This document shows, in pieces, positions 1-13,524 of a DNA stretch of 64,000 nucleotides (position 1 is the first letter of the stretch; the number at the start of each line of letters is the position of its first letter). Below the pieces are notes generated by a model, which was not told the origin of the DNA, made no database searches, and saw only the letters and a list, made by a program, of their open reading frames with translations. The position numbers and the translations under genes are program-made. Source of the stretch: Rebecca billardiae RCC1528 (Eukaryota; Protista; Haptophyta); the NCBI GenBank assembly GCA_965240325.2, contig OZ251228.1, forward strand, positions 1,364,001 through 1,428,000. Reading direction: 5' to 3'.

Positions 1-3000
1 CCGCGCTTCTACTTCGTCTCGCCCGCCGACCTGGTGGACATCCTGTCGAAGGGGCGGAACCCGCCGCTCATCCAGGAGCACTTCTCCAAGTTCACCGACA
101 ACACCGCCAAGATCGACTGGGCCGTCGACGAGGAGACCGGCGCGCAGCTCCCGGTCGCGCGCGGCATGTTCTCGGGCGAGGGCGAGCACGTGCCGTACAC
201 GGAGGAGTACCGGTGCGAGGGGCAGGTGGAGGAGTGGCTGACGGGGCTGATGAACCACTCGCAGCACGAGATCAAGCAGGCGCTCGTCGAGTCGGTCAAC
301 GCCTTCGTCGAGCTGCCGCGCAACGAGTGGCTCTTCAAGTACAGCGCGCAGCTCTCGATCACCACCTCGCAGATCTGGTGGACGCTCGAGGTCTACTCTG
401 CGTTCGACCGGCTCGAGACCGGCAACGAGAACGCGCTCAAGGACTACCTGGGCGTGGCGATCGCCGGGCTGGCGACGCTGACGCAGCTCGTGGCGACCAA
501 GCTCTCCCGCGGCGACCGCGTCAAGATGATCACGATGATCACCATCGAGGTGCACGCGCGCGACATCGTGCAGCGGCTCATCACCAACCGCATCGACTCG
601 TCGTCCGAGTTTGCGTGGCAGTCGCAGCTCAAGTACCGCTGGGACGAGGAGCGCAAGGACTGCATGATCAACATCGCGGACGCGGAGATGAGCTACTCGT
701 ACGAGTACACGGGCAACACCGGCCGCCTCGTCATCACCGCGCTCACCGACCGCTGCTACATCACGCTCACGCAGGCGCTGCGGCTCATCCTCGGCGGCGC
801 GCCCGCCGGCCCGGCCGGCACGGGCAAGACGGAGACGACCAAGGACCTCGGCCGCGGGCTGGCGATCTGGGTGATCGTGCAGAACTGCTCGGACCAGATG
901 AACAACAAGGTGATGGCCAACTTCTTCTCCGGCCTCGCGCAGACCGGCGCGTGGGGCTGCTTCGACGAGTTCAACCGGATCGCGGTCGAGGTGCTCTCGG
1001 TCGTCGCCGGCCAGTACATGTCAATCCTCGAGGCGATCCGCTCCAACAAGCGGCAGTTCCTCTTCGAGGAGGACGAGATCGCGCTCAACCCGACGGTGGG
1101 CGCGTTCATCACGATGAACCCCGGCTACGCCGGCCGCACCGAGCTGCCCGAGAACCTCAAGGCCCTCTTCCGCCCGTGCGCGATGGTCGTGCCCGACTTT
1201 GGGAACATCGCCGAGATCTCGCTCGCCGCCGAGGGCTTTCTCGAGGCCAAGCCGCTCGCGCACAAGTTCGTCACGCTGTTCGCGCTGTGCAAGGAGCTGC
1301 TCTCGAAGCAGGACCACTACGACTGGGGGCTGCGCGCGATGAAGGGCATCCTGCGCATCGCCGGCGACATGAAGCGCACCGAGCCGACCAAGACCGAGTT
1401 TCAGATCCTGATGCGCGCGCTGCGCGACACCAACCTGCCCAAGTTTGTGCTCGCCGACTTCGGCATCTTCCTCGGGCTGATCAACGACCTGTTCCCGCGC
1501 GTGGAGGAGGCGGCGAAGACGGACCCGCGGCTGATGCAGGCGTGCAAGGAGGTGATCGCGAAGCCCGACTCGGCGCTCCAGCCCGAGGAGCTCTTCATCA
1601 CCAAGATCTGCAACCTGGCGGAGATGCTCGGCGTGCGCCACTGCTGCTTTGTGCTCGGCGCGGCCGGCGCGGCCAAGACCAAGCTGTGGGAGACGCTCGC
1701 GGCGGCGCAGACGCACCTGCAGCTCGGCGGGGCGGCGACGATGTACCAGGCGCTCAACCCCAAGGCGGTCACCACCAACGAGCTCTACGGCTACGTCCAC
1801 CCCGTCACCAAGGAGCCGTACGACGGCATCATCTCCAAAATGATGCGCGACTACTCGCGCATGGAGAACGACGTGCCCAAGTGGATCATCCTCGACGGCG
1901 ACATCGACGCGGAGTGGATCGAGTCGATGAACACGGTGATGGACGACAACAAGGTGCTCACGCTCGTCTCGAACGAGCGCATCCCGCTCACCGCGTCGAT
2001 GCGCCTCATCTTCGAGATCTCGCACCTGCGCAACGCCTCGCCCGCGACCGTCTCGCGAGCGGGCGTGATCTTCCTCAACGAGTCCGACATCGGCTGGCGG
2101 CCGTACGTGACGACGTGGGTGGAGACGATGGGCGACCAGAAGGTGGCGACGACGCTCGAGCAGCTGTTCGACCAGTACGTCGCGCCCACCCTCGACCACA
2201 TCCGGCGCGAGAAGTGGCAGCACGTGACGCCGCTGATGGACTTTGCGATGGTGCAGACGCTGTGCACGCTCCTTGAGGGGCTGCTCACGCGCGAGAACGC
2301 GCCGCCCGGCTCGGACAAGGAGGTGTACGAGGCGTACTTCCAGTACGCGGCGATCTGGGCGCTCGGCGGCGGCTTCAACGTCGAGAAGGGCTCGGACATG
2401 CGCAAGGTCTTCTCCGAGTACTGGCGCTCCGAGTTTGCAAAGTCGATCAAGTTCCCGGACGAGGGCACGTCGGTGTTTGACTACTACATCGACGCCGACA
2501 CCAAGAAGTGGGCGCACTGGAACGAGCAGATCCCCGAGTACACGCACTCGACGGAGACGGCGTTCTCGGAGATCCTCGTGCCCACGCTCGACACCACGCG
2601 CCTCGGCTTCCTCTGCGAGATGCTCACGCTCGGGCTGGGCAAGCCGGTGATGCTGGTCGGCGGCGCGGGCACCGCCAAGACGTCGCTGCTCTCAAAGCTG
2701 CTGCGCGAGATGCCCGAGGAGAAGTCGATGTACTTCAACATCAACTTCAACTCGTACACGGGCGCCGAGTCGCTGCAGCCGATGATCGAGCAGCCGCTCG
2801 AGAAGAAGACGGGCTCGAGCTTCGGCCCGCCCGGCACCAAGAAGCTGATGTACTTCATCGACGACTTCAACATGCCCGCGCCCGACAAGTACGGCACGCA
2901 GTCGGCGATCGAGCTCGCGCGGCAGCACATCGACTACGGCGGCTTCTACGACCTGAAGAAGCTGACGTTCAAGACGATCGTGAACACGATGTACGTGGGC

Positions 3001-6000
3001 GCGATGAACCCGACGTCGGGCTCCTTCTCCATCATCGACCGCATGCAGCGCCACTTCGCCACGTTCGCGTGCCCGTTCCCCGAGCCGGACGTGTGCCGCA
3101 TGATCTACGGCAAGATCCTCGACGGCCACCTCGAGGGCTTCCCATCGTCGGTGCAGGCGGCGGGGCCGGTGGTGACGGACGCGGCGATCACGCTGCACAC
3201 CGCGGTGTCGGACCACTTCCTGCCCAACGCGATCAAGTTCCACTACCAGTGGAACCTGCGCGAGCTCTCCAACATCTTCCAGGGGCTGCTGCAGATCACG
3301 CCCGCCGTGATCGGCTCCGACCCCAAGCTGCTCGCGCGGCTGTGGGTGCACGAGGCGTACCGCGTGTACAACGACCGGCTGATCTCGGAGGCGGACTGCG
3401 AGATCTTCGCGTCCGACATCGCCAAGACCGTCGGCGCCAAGCTCGGCCCGATCGGCAAGGAGGAGGTGCTCCTCGCCCAGCCGCTCATCTTCGCGTCGTT
3501 TGCGGGCGACGCGGACGACAAGATTGTCGGCCCGATCGACTCGGGCGACGAGCTCAGCACGATCCTCAACCGCAAGCTGCACGAATACAACGACAACTTC
3601 GCGCGGATGGACCTGGTCCTCTTCGACGACGCGATGTCGCACGTCTGCCGCATCTCGCGCATCATCGACCGGCCGCGCGGCAACGCGCTGCTGATCGGCG
3701 TCGGCGGCTCGGGCAAGCAGTCGCTCACGCGGCTCGCCGCGTTCATCTCGCAGTACGACGTGTTCCAGATCAAGCTGACGCCGACGTACTCGATGACGGA
3801 CTTCAAGGAGGACCTGCACCAGCTGTACTTCAAGGTGGGGCTCAAGTCGGCGCAGTTCACCTTCATCTTCACCGACCAGCACATCTTCGACGAGCGGCTG
3901 CTCGTCTACTTCAACAACCTGCTCTCGACCGGGGTGATCCCCGACCTGCACTCGGACGAGGACAAGGACGCGATCGTGAACGGGATCCGCTCGGAGGTGA
4001 AGGCGGCGGGGCTGCTCGACTCGCGGGACAACTGCTGGGACTTCTTCATCAACAAGGTGCGCGACAACCTGCACGTCGTGCTGTGCATGTCGCCCGTCGG
4101 CGACGCGTTCCGCGTGCGGTGCCGCAAGTTCCCCGCGCTGTGCGGCTGCACGGCGATCAACTACTTCCACCCGTGGCCGAGGGACGCGCTCGTGTCGGTG
4201 GCGGACAAGTTCCTCGCCGACGTGGAGATGGAGGACCCGGAGGTGCGCGCGGCGTGCTCGCAGCACATGGCCTTCGTGCACACCTCCGTCGGCGAGACCG
4301 CGCACCGGTACAAGGCCGCCGAGCGGCGCAACGTGTACACGACGCCAAAGTCGTTCCTCGAGCTGATCGCGCTGTACAAGTCGCTGCTCGAGCAGAACCG
4401 CGCGACGCTGGACATGCTGCAGAACCGGCTCGAGTCGGGGCTGGTGAAGCTGAAGGAGTCGTCCACGCAGGTCGCGGACATGCAGGTGCAGCTGCAGGAG
4501 GAGTCGCAGGTCGTCGAGACCAAGAAGGAGCAGGTGGAGGCGCTGCTCGTCGAGGTCGGGCAGGAGTCCAACATCGCCGAGGAGGAGTCGGCCAAGGCGG
4601 CGATCGAGGCGGAGAAGGTGGCGGAGATCCAGACGGAGGTGTCCGAGTTCAAGGCGCAGTGCGAGCAGGACCTGCAGGCCGCCGAGCCCGCGCTCGCCGC
4701 CGCCGCCGAGGCGCTCAACCTGCTCAACAAGTCGGCGCTCACCGAGCTCAAGTCGCTCACGACGCCGCCGGCCGAGGTGCTCAACGTGACCGCCGCGGTC
4801 GCGTACATGCTCGCGCCCAGGGGCGCCAACCTGAAGAAGGTGGACGTGACGTGGAACGGCGCGAAGAAGATGATGGCCTCGGTCGAGAACTTCCTGCAGG
4901 CGCTGCTCAACTTCGACAAGGACAACTTCGACCTGACCGCGAAGGAGTACGTGCGCAAGTACACGGGGCCGGCCGACGCGCCCGACCCGACCTTCAACTA
5001 CGACACGATGAAGTCCAAGTCGTTCGCCGCGGCGGGGCTGTGCGCGTGGGTGGTGAACATCTGCATCTACCACGACATCTTCCTCGACGTCGAGCCCAAG
5101 CGCGTCAAGCTCGCCGAGGCCGAGGCCAAGCTCTCCGAGGCGGACACCAAGCTGCAGGAGGTGCAGCGCAAGGTGCAGGAGCTGAACGACAAGTGCGCTG
5201 AGCTGCAGCGGCAGCTCTCCGACGCGACCGACGAGAAGAACGGGCTGGTCGAGAAGGCGGAGCGCACGGCGAAGCGGCTCAACCTAGCCGAGCGGCTGGT
5301 GAACGGGCTGAAGGACGAGGGCGTGCGCTGGGGCGAGGGCGTCGAGTCGCTCAAGGAGCAGAAGCTGCTGCTGATCGGCGACATCCTCGTGTCCGCCTCG
5401 TTCATCGCCTACATCGGCCCGTTCAACATGGACTACCGGCGCGACCTGATCCACGAGCAGTGGCTGCCCGACGTGGTCGCGCGGCAGATCCCGATGTCCC
5501 CCGAGCTCAACCCGCAGAAGAAGCTCTCCGACGAGGCCACCGTCGCGCAGTGGAACTCGGAGGGGCTGCCGGCGGACGCGCTCTCGGTCGAGAACGGCAC
5601 GATCATCACGACGTGCTCGCGCTGGCCGCTCATCATCGACCCGCAGCTGCAGGGCGTGACGTGGATCAAGCGGCGCGAGGAGAAGGCAGGGCTGGTGGCG
5701 CTGCAGCTCACGCAGAAGGGGTACATGGACAAGCTCGTGCGCGGGCTCGAGGAGGGCTCGCCGATCCTGATCGAGAACATCTCGGAGACGATCGACGCGG
5801 TGCTCGAGCCCGTGATCTCGCGCGGCTTCATCTCCAAGGGGCGCCGGCTGATCCTCAAGCTGGGCGACAAGGAGGTGGACGTGGCGTGCGCGAAGGACGA
5901 CGAGGGCAACCCGACCGACGCGCCGCTCTTCAAGCTGTACATCCAGACCAAGCTGCCCAACCCCAACTACATCCCCGAGATCCAGGCGCAGACGACGCTC

Positions 6001-8995
6001 GTCAACTTCACCGTGACCGAGTCGGGCCTCGAGGAGCAGCTGCTCGCCGTCGTGGTGAAGAAGGAGCGGCCGGACCTGGAGGAGCAGCGGCTCGCGCTGG
6101 TGGAGCAGCAGAACCAGTTCACCATCAAGCTCAAGGAGCTCGAGGACGACCTGCTCCACCGGCTCGCGACCGCGGAGGGCGACATTCTCGGGGACGAGGA
6201 TCTGATCCTCTCGCTCGAGAACACCAAGATCACAGTGACCGAGATCAACGCCAAGGTGACCGAGGCGAAGGCGACGTCGATCGAGATCGGGCTGGCGCGC
6301 GAGGCGTACCGCGAGACGGCGAAGCGCGGCTCGCTCATCTACTTCCTGATCAACCTGCTCAACGTGATCGACCACATGTACCAGTTCTCCCTCGGCGCGT
6401 TCAACTATGTCTTCTCAAAGGCGCTCGACAAGGCCTCGGCCGCAGAGTCGCTGCCCGAGCGGTGCACCGCGCTGCTCGACTCGGTGACGTACACGTGCTT
6501 CTCGTACGTGACGCGCGGCCTCTTCGAGAAGCACCGGCTCATCTTCTCCACGATGCTCGCGATCAAGATCCTGCAGGCGCGCAACGAGCTCTCCTCCGAG
6601 GACGTGGACTATCTGATCAAGACGCCAAAGGCCTTCGACAAGGAGAACCCGCTGTCCGCGTGGCTCGCCGACTCGGCGTGGCAGTCGGTGCTGGCGCTCT
6701 CGCAGCTCGAGGCGTTCGCCAACCTGCCGCAGGACATGGAGGGCTCGTGGAAGCGCTGGAAGGAGTGGTGCGAGCAGGAGCAGCCCGAGACGGCGCCGCT
6801 GCCGCAGGAGTGGAAGCGACTGCCGGGGTTCCAGATCCTGCAGGTGGTGCGCGTGCTGCGGCCCGACCGCACGAGCCAGGCGGTGTCGGTGTGGGTGCGG
6901 AACACGCTCGGCGCCAAGTTCGTCGACGCGATCCCGTTCAACCTCGAGGTCTCCTTCGAGGACTCGGGCCCCGCCGTGCCCATCTTCTTCCTGCTCTCGC
7001 CCGGCGTCGACCCGGTCGTCGCCGTGAAGGCGCTCGGCGCGCGGCTCGGCAAGACAGAGGAGGAGGGCCAGTTCGTCGGCGTCTCGCTCGGCCAGGGGCA
7101 GGAGCCGGTGGCGGAGAAGGCGCTCGACCGGATGTACATCGACGGCGGCTGGGTCATGCTGCAGAACATCGAGCTCGTCGCGCGCTGGCTCCCCAAGCTC
7201 GAGAAGAAGCTCGAGGCGCTCGCCGAGGGCGCGCACCCCGACTTCCGAGTCTTCCTCTCCGCGCTGCCGCAGAAGGTCGTGCCCGTGCCCATCCTGCAGA
7301 ACTCGATCAAGCTGACCAACGAGCCGCCGTCGGGGCTCAAGGCGAACATGCTACGCGCGTACATGCTCTTCGACAACTCGGTGTGGGAGAACTCCTCGAA
7401 GCAGTCCGAGCTCAAGTCGATGATCTTTGCTCTCTGCTTCTTCCACTCGGTCGTGTGCGAGCGGCGCAAGTTCGGCCCGATCGGCTGGAACCGCGCGTAC
7501 CCGTTCAACGAGGGCGACCTGACGGTGTGCATCAAGGTGGCGTACAACTACCTCGAGGCGAACGCCAAGGTGCCGTGGGACGACGTGCGCTACATCTTCG
7601 GCGAGATCATGTACGGCGGGCACATCACCGACAACTGGGACCGGCGGCTGTGCATGACGTACTTGACCGTGTACCTCAAGGAGGAGCTGCTGGAGGGACT
7701 CACGCTCTTCCCCGGGTTCGCCACGCCGTCGTCGATGTCGCACAAGCAGTACATGGAGTACGTGGAGGAGGCGCTCGAGCGCGAGGTGCCCGTCGCGTAC
7801 GGGCTGCACCCCAACTCGGAGATCAACTTCATGACGAAGCAGGCGGACGACCTGTGCCGCGCGATCTCGGAGCTGCAGCCGCGCGGTGCGGGCGGCGCGG
7901 GCGGCATGACGATGCAGGAGAAGGTGAAGCGGCTGCTCGACGACGTGATGGAGCGGCTGCCCGAGCAGTTCAACCTGCTCGAGCTCGAGGAGCGTGTCGA
8001 CGAGCGCACGCCGTACACCAACGTCTTCCTCCAGGAGGTCGACCGGATGAGCCGGCTGCTGTACGAGATGCGCCGCTCGCTCGTCGAGCTTGACATGGGG
8101 CTGCGCGGCGACCTCTCCATGTCCGAGGCGATGGAGACGCTGATGGACGCGCTCTTCGACGACAAGGTGCCGAGCAGGTGGGACGCGCTCGCGTGGCCCT
8201 CGCTCCGGCCGCTCCACTCGTGGCTGCTCAACATGCTCGACCGGTACAACCAGCTCGCCGCGTGGACGGGCGACATGAACACTCCCAAGGTGCGCCGCGC
8301 CGCGCGCCGCCGCGCGCTTGCCCCTCGCGCCTCGGCGCGTGCGTGCGCACGCGCGCACTCGCTCACGGCCGCGCCTGCGCGTGCCCCTGTGCCCGCGCCG
8401 CCGCTCCCTCCGCGCGTGCCGCGCGCAGGTCACGTGGATCTCGGGCCTGTTCAACCCCCAGGCCTTCCTGACCGCGGTGATGCAGGTGACGGCGCGCAAG
8501 AACGAGTGGCCGCTCGACAAGCTCGCCATCGTCGCCGACGTGACTAAGAAGGCGCCGGACGAGATCGAGGGCGCGACGCGCGAGGGTGCCTACGTGCACG
8601 GTGCGCGCCGCGGCCGCGCGCGCTCCCGCGCGCGCCGAGCCGCCGCGGCCTCGCGCGGCGAGTTGCTCACCGGCGCGCGCGCCCGCTGCGCCGCCATCGG
8701 CCCCATCCCCGCGGGCACACGCGCAGGTCTCTACATCGAGGGCGCGCGATGGGACATGACGGCGAGCGTGCTCGAGGAGTCCTTCATGAAGGACCTCTAC
8801 CCGCTCCTGCCCGTCGTGCTCATCCGCGCTGCGACGCAGGATAAGCTGGACGGGCGGGAAATATACGCGTGCCCGGTGTACAAGACGGCGTCGAGGGGGC
8901 CGACGTACGTGTTCACAGCGGGCCTGCGCACAAAGGCGCCGCCGTCCAAGTGGATCCTGGCCGGTGTCGCGCTGCTGATGGACGTCGTCACATAG
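1..8995 (+). CDS. Axonemal outer-arm dynein heavy chain (beta/alpha-like class), 5' end outside window; introns 8290-8428 and 8601-8726
   Basis: AAA1 P-loop GPAGTGKTETTKDL, CFDEFNRI, MNPGYAGRTELPENLK, AAA4 GVGGSGKQSL, coiled-coil stalk, RWPLIIDPQLQG and C-terminal CPVYKT..RGPTYVF. Two GT-AG introns restore VTWISGLFNPQAFLT and GLYIEGARWD; stop at 8993-8995. Confidence 0.96.
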
Positions 8996-9257
8996 TGCTT
9001 CTGACGCACGTACGTCGTGTATCGTGCTGTATCTCTATGCTGCATATATGTAGTATACCAGAATATATACATGCACTGACAGTAGCCGAGCGTGCTGCTC
9101 GTCAATCATCGCGCCGAGTCCGTCAGGGCGTCAGGATCCGCTGTCGACGCGATGACGGAAATGCTGCTGCTATATAAATAATTAGGATTATTCGTCATAA
9201 TACTGCTGCGCGCTGCTGCTTCTACAATAAAATGGCCCGAGCATCGGATCATGAGCG

Positions 9258-9917
9258 ATGGCGGCCGACGAGCGAGGCGGCCGGCAGCGCTTCCGCAACC
9301 TCTTCGGCCCACCCGTTGTGCGTCCACCCGGGCATGATGTGGGGCCTCAACCAGCTCCGCCGTCTGTCGACCGGCATGCCGTCAGGAATGTCATCCGGCA
9401 CGTGCAGACGCACAACCGAGTCGTCGAGGTCAACCGCATGTGGCGCGTGCAGTCGCGCGTGAACGCCGACGGGCAGGTCGAGGGCAAGGCAGGCGCGGAC
9501 ACGACGGGCGCGCAGCATCCGGCGCCGACGTGCACGAGGGTGCCACCCAATCTGGAGCAGGCTCGAGCGATCGAGGCGGCGCGCCGCGAGCAGGCACGTC
9601 GAGAGCTCGGTGAGTGCGACTGGACAGTGCCAGCATCCGAGCCGAGCGTGGCTTTACGACAAGTCGGGAGCGCCTCGCCGCCGAACCATGCGAGCGAAAG
9701 CGCTCTCGATGCCAGCACGCGCGCACCTGGGCACGCGCTCGACCCCTCCGCCGCGACTGCGCTCGAAGACGAAGCGCTCAGGCGGCGGAAACGCACGCGA
9801 CGCGGCAGCAGTGAAGACGATGAGGGCTCGTCGCCCCCGCGCAGCAAGGCGCGGCACAAGAAGGGGCGGAGGAAGGAGCGGAGGAAGGAGCGACGACGCC
9901 ACGCGGAGGCGCGATGA
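9258..9917 (+). CDS. Hypothetical protein with Lys/Arg-rich C-terminus, probably nuclear
   Basis: ATG-started 219-aa ORF between AT-rich spacers. Contains VRNVIRHVQTHNR and an RS/K-rich tail; no firm family. Confidence 0.55.
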   Translation: MAADERGGRQRFRNLFGPPVVRPPGHDVGPQPAPPSVDRHAVRNVIRHVQTHNRVVEVNRMWRVQSRVNADGQVEGKAGADTTGAQHPAPTCTRVPPNLEQARAIEAARREQARRELGECDWTVPASEPSVALRQVGSASPPNHASESALDASTRAPGHALDPSAATALEDEALRRRKRTRRGSSEDDEGSSPPRSKARHKKGRRKERRKERRRHAEAR

Positions 9918-10440
9918 CACGCCGGGTTTGCACTCATCCGCCTCTCCGGACTCTCCTCCCTCACACGGCCATCGCTGTCTCTTGGCCTCTGTCTCAGTCT
10001 GTCTCGGCGGCTCCCATCGTCAGCGCGGACTCAGGACTGCGCGGAGTCCCCGACGGCCCGCTCGCACTTCACAGCAGGCACAGCCACCGGCGGGCGCCTG
10101 TCACAGTCCGTGTTGCTAGGTGGTGACGGCGGTAGGTGCATCACGCTGCGTGCTTCGCCGGACGCCGGAGCTGTGAATCATGAGCGATACTCAAATACCG
10201 CGACTTCACTCGCAGCGTGAGCGTCAGCCGTCAATCAATTATCAAATCAGCGTCAGAAAGTCCGGGTGGGCGGCCGCCGGGCTGACGGAATCTTCCGGAA
10301 GGTGCGTCCACGCACGCGAGCCGCCGCCGGGCACGACCCGTCACCGTCGTGGCGAAGGCTCCTTGCCGAGTGCATCATCATCGACGCCGCTCGGCCTCGC
10401 TCATCCCCCATCCGCATCCCCCTCGCTCACTCCGGAAATC

Positions 10441-11190
10441 ATGGGTGGTGGCCGTAAGATGATCGTTGGTGGCAACTGGAAGTGCAACCTGGATGTGGCG
10501 AAGGCGACGGCCCTCGTGGAGAGCCTCAATGGGATGGAGGTCGGCTCGACGGAGGTGGTCGTTTCGCCCGTGTTCGTGCACATCCCGATGGTGATGAACA
10601 CGCTCAAGAAGGAGATCATGGTGTCGGCGCAGAACTGCTCGTTCACGGGCATGGGCGCGTACACGGGCGACATCTCGGCCGACCACCTCGTCGACATGAA
10701 CATCCCGTGGGTCATCCTTGGCCACTCGGAGCGCCGCCAGTACTTCAAGGAGGATGACGAGTTCCTCGCCAAGAAGCTCGCGTACGCGCTCGAGAAGGGC
10801 CTCAAGGTGATCTACTGCATCGGCGAGCTCAAGGAGCAGCGCGAGAACGGCACGACGATGGACGTCTGCAAGAAGCAGCTCGAGCAGGTCGTCAAGATGC
10901 TCGACCCGGAGAAGGTGGTGATCGCGTACGAGCCGGTCTGGGCGATCGGCACGGGCCTCGTCGCCACGCCGGAGCAGGCGCAGGAGACGCAGAAGCAGAT
11001 CCGCGAGTACATCGCGACGGCGGCGTCGGCCGATGTGGCCGCTAAGATTCGCATCCAGTACGGCGGCTCCGTCAGCGCCAAGAACTGCAACGAGCTCGCT
11101 GGCCTCCCGGACGTCGACGGCTTCCTCGTCGGCGGCGCGTCGCTCAAGCCGGAGTTTGCCGACATCATCAAGGCGTGCGCGGGCAAGTAA
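10441..11190 (+). CDS. TPI: Triosephosphate isomerase
   Basis: VGGNWKCN, ILGHSERR, AYEPVWAIGTG, YGGSV, GFLVGGASLK; ATG at 10441, intronless. Confidence 0.97.
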   Translation: MGGGRKMIVGGNWKCNLDVAKATALVESLNGMEVGSTEVVVSPVFVHIPMVMNTLKKEIMVSAQNCSFTGMGAYTGDISADHLVDMNIPWVILGHSERRQYFKEDDEFLAKKLAYALEKGLKVIYCIGELKEQRENGTTMDVCKKQLEQVVKMLDPEKVVIAYEPVWAIGTGLVATPEQAQETQKQIREYIATAASADVAAKIRIQYGGSVSAKNCNELAGLPDVDGFLVGGASLKPEFADIIKACAGK

Positions 11191-11859
11191 GCGCCCACAC
11201 GCGGAGCTGCACCGCGAGGCGACGCTGCTCCCGACCTGCGCGTAGCGGCTTTGCGCGGCACGTTTGGGAGGGGAGGGCGCTCTCTGATCTCTGTGTTTCA
11301 TGCACGCAACCACGTGTGCTGTGTGACTGCTGCCACCTGTCGCTGACGCCGTGAAGACCTGACCGATCTGCACCGGGCACCCGGCGATCATCGCGTATCA
11401 TGCTGCGTGATGATGGATGCTGCCAGCTCGCCAGCTTTGCGCGCAGCCACCAGCGTCAGTCTTATAATGATCGATGCCTGCCTCATATCAGCAAGCAGTG
11501 TATTATATTATATATATGAATAAAAATAAACTTGTAGCGCAGACGGGATTGTAAGCTACCAGCGACAGCGTCCACGGTCCAGGACCAGGGTCAAGTTCGA
11601 CAGTCATTAGTCAATGTTCGTCTACGGTGATTATGCCATGGGCTTATAGTTATGATATATATATATACAGTTTATTATTTGTTTTTTAAACGTGCGTAAG
11701 GCTCACGGTGGCAGGTTGCCGCGCCATCCTTCATCGCACGCTCTCCGAAGAGAGACCTGGAAACTTCAAACTGGTTTAGAACCCATGACCTCAGTATTGC
11801 TGGCGGATTTGGGCCGCAGCATTGCACCTGTCACCTGACGCGCGCGCCTTTCGATCGGC

Positions 11860-13360
11860 TCAGTGCTGGGGCGCGCTCCCGCCCTTCTCCGCCTTGGACG
11901 CGTGGAACCAGTTGTGCAGGATGGAATGCGCCGCGTCGAGTGCCGGCAGCTCCTTGATGGTGGTCGACTGCATCGACGAGAGGTGCACTGCGCGCCCAGC
12001 CGCCTTGGCAGCGGCGATGGCAGCGCTCGTGTCAATCACGGCGTCCGAGCGGCCGCGGAAGAGGAAGGGCAGGCCGATGCGCTCCCCGCTCGGCGGCGCG
12101 CACACGCGGTGCGGCGTCGCCGCAAAGTAGCCGGCAGTGGTGCGCGCCAGCGTGTCCCCGACCATGACCGCCGCGACCACGCAGCTCTGCTCATCCGCGC
12201 GCAGCTCGGCCTCCACGTCCAGCCACGCGCCGTCGGCGCGGCGGCGGACCTGGAGTCCGGGGCGGCGCGCGTGGGCGTCGATGGTGATGAAGCCCACGTC
12301 CGTGTGGTCGTCGCACAGGATGTTGCTGCCGCCGACGCCCTCGACGCCCGCCACGTAGCGGCACACCCGCACGAGCGAGTGGTGCAGCGAGGGCGGGCCA
12401 GCCGCGCCGTTCGCGCGCGCGGCCGTGCTCGCGGCCATCGGCGCGTCACGCGGTGGGTCGAGGAGGTTGTGGAACCAGTCGACGTCCACGCCGACCTCGT
12501 GCGCGATGTGCCGCATGAGCGAGCGCCCGTGCGCGTCGAGCACGCTCAGCGCGTCCTCGAGCCCGCGCGCGAAGCCCTCCACCTTTGCCGGCGCGGGCAG
12601 CACGCCACCGGCCGTCTGCAGCCGTACCTGCGGCCGCCCGAGGCGGGGGGGGGGGGGGGGGGGGCAGGCCGCTCGCGCGGGCGTGAGCGCGCGCCGGGGG
12701 CGTGGGGTCTGCGCCCTCCCGCGCGCGTGCGCGCGCGCGCACCTCCAGCTGCTCGCGGTACCGACCCTGCCGGTACCCCGTGAACTTGCGGTCGACGTGG
12801 CCGTACTCGGAGCAGTCGTCCTCCTTCAGATCGGGCTCGAGAGCGTACCACGCGCCGCTCAGCTCCTCGAGGCGGCGGAGCACGCGGGCGGTCTCGGCGG
12901 GCAGCACGACATGCACGTAGCCCTCCACTCGCAGCGCACGGCAGAACCGCGCGCCGATCTCCGAGCCTGGCTCGGCCGCGAGTAGCTCGGAGAGATCGAG
13001 GGTGGTTCCGGTCTGCGCATGCTGTGCCGGCGCAGCGAGCGGCTGGGGCAGGAGCAACTTGTCGTCTTCGAGGAGCTCGCGGGCCTTGAAGTGCTCCAGC
13101 ACCATCTCGAGCGCCTCCGCGAGTGAGCCGCTCGCGCGGTCACACCTTTCGCCCAGGGACACGCCCGTGCGCACAGCGAGCGCGACTGCGCCGACGCCCC
13201 GGAAGGCCAGCACGCAATGCTGGACATCCGAGTCGACGCCGTGGCGCACGAGCTTGGCTCCGATGAGACGCAGGCCCTTGCGCTCTATGGCCCCCAGCGC
13301 GTCGCCCACGGCCGGTGGGGCCACCATGAGCGCGCCAACCTCTTGCTGAGCGCTCGCCAT
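11860..13360 (-). CDS. 2OG-Fe(II) dioxygenase (IPNS-like) with a degenerate NDK-like N-terminal domain; intron 12628-12742
   Basis: HTD-VGFITI, GLQV, VMVGDTL..ATPHRV..R-x-x-LPF facial-triad motifs. Splicing joins REQLE to VRLQTAGG. Confidence 0.85.
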
Positions 13361-13524
13361 GCTTCGAGCGTCGCGGCCACACACGCCCCGCGCCAGCACG
13401 CGGTCTTCGCCGTAAGTCGTTCGACCGGTGGCGAGCGGGTGGAGTCCGGATTACTCCGGAGTCCGGAAGCAGCAGCGCTTTTGACTTTTCCCTTTGTGCA
13501 CCGGGCAAGCCCTCGGTTGGCACG

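Noticed and set aside
213-8093. Many long alternative-frame and antisense ORFs over dynein and other genes
   Set aside because: Shadow ORFs caused by extreme GC3 bias; Arg/Ala/Gly-rich with no motifs.
10180-10440. N-terminal extension or targeting peptide on TPI
   Set aside because: Non-coding-like composition and no signal peptide; ATG 10441 matches the canonical TPI start.
11765-11805. tRNA T-arm-like stretch on the minus strand
   Set aside because: No complete cloverleaf or acceptor stem could be formed by eye.
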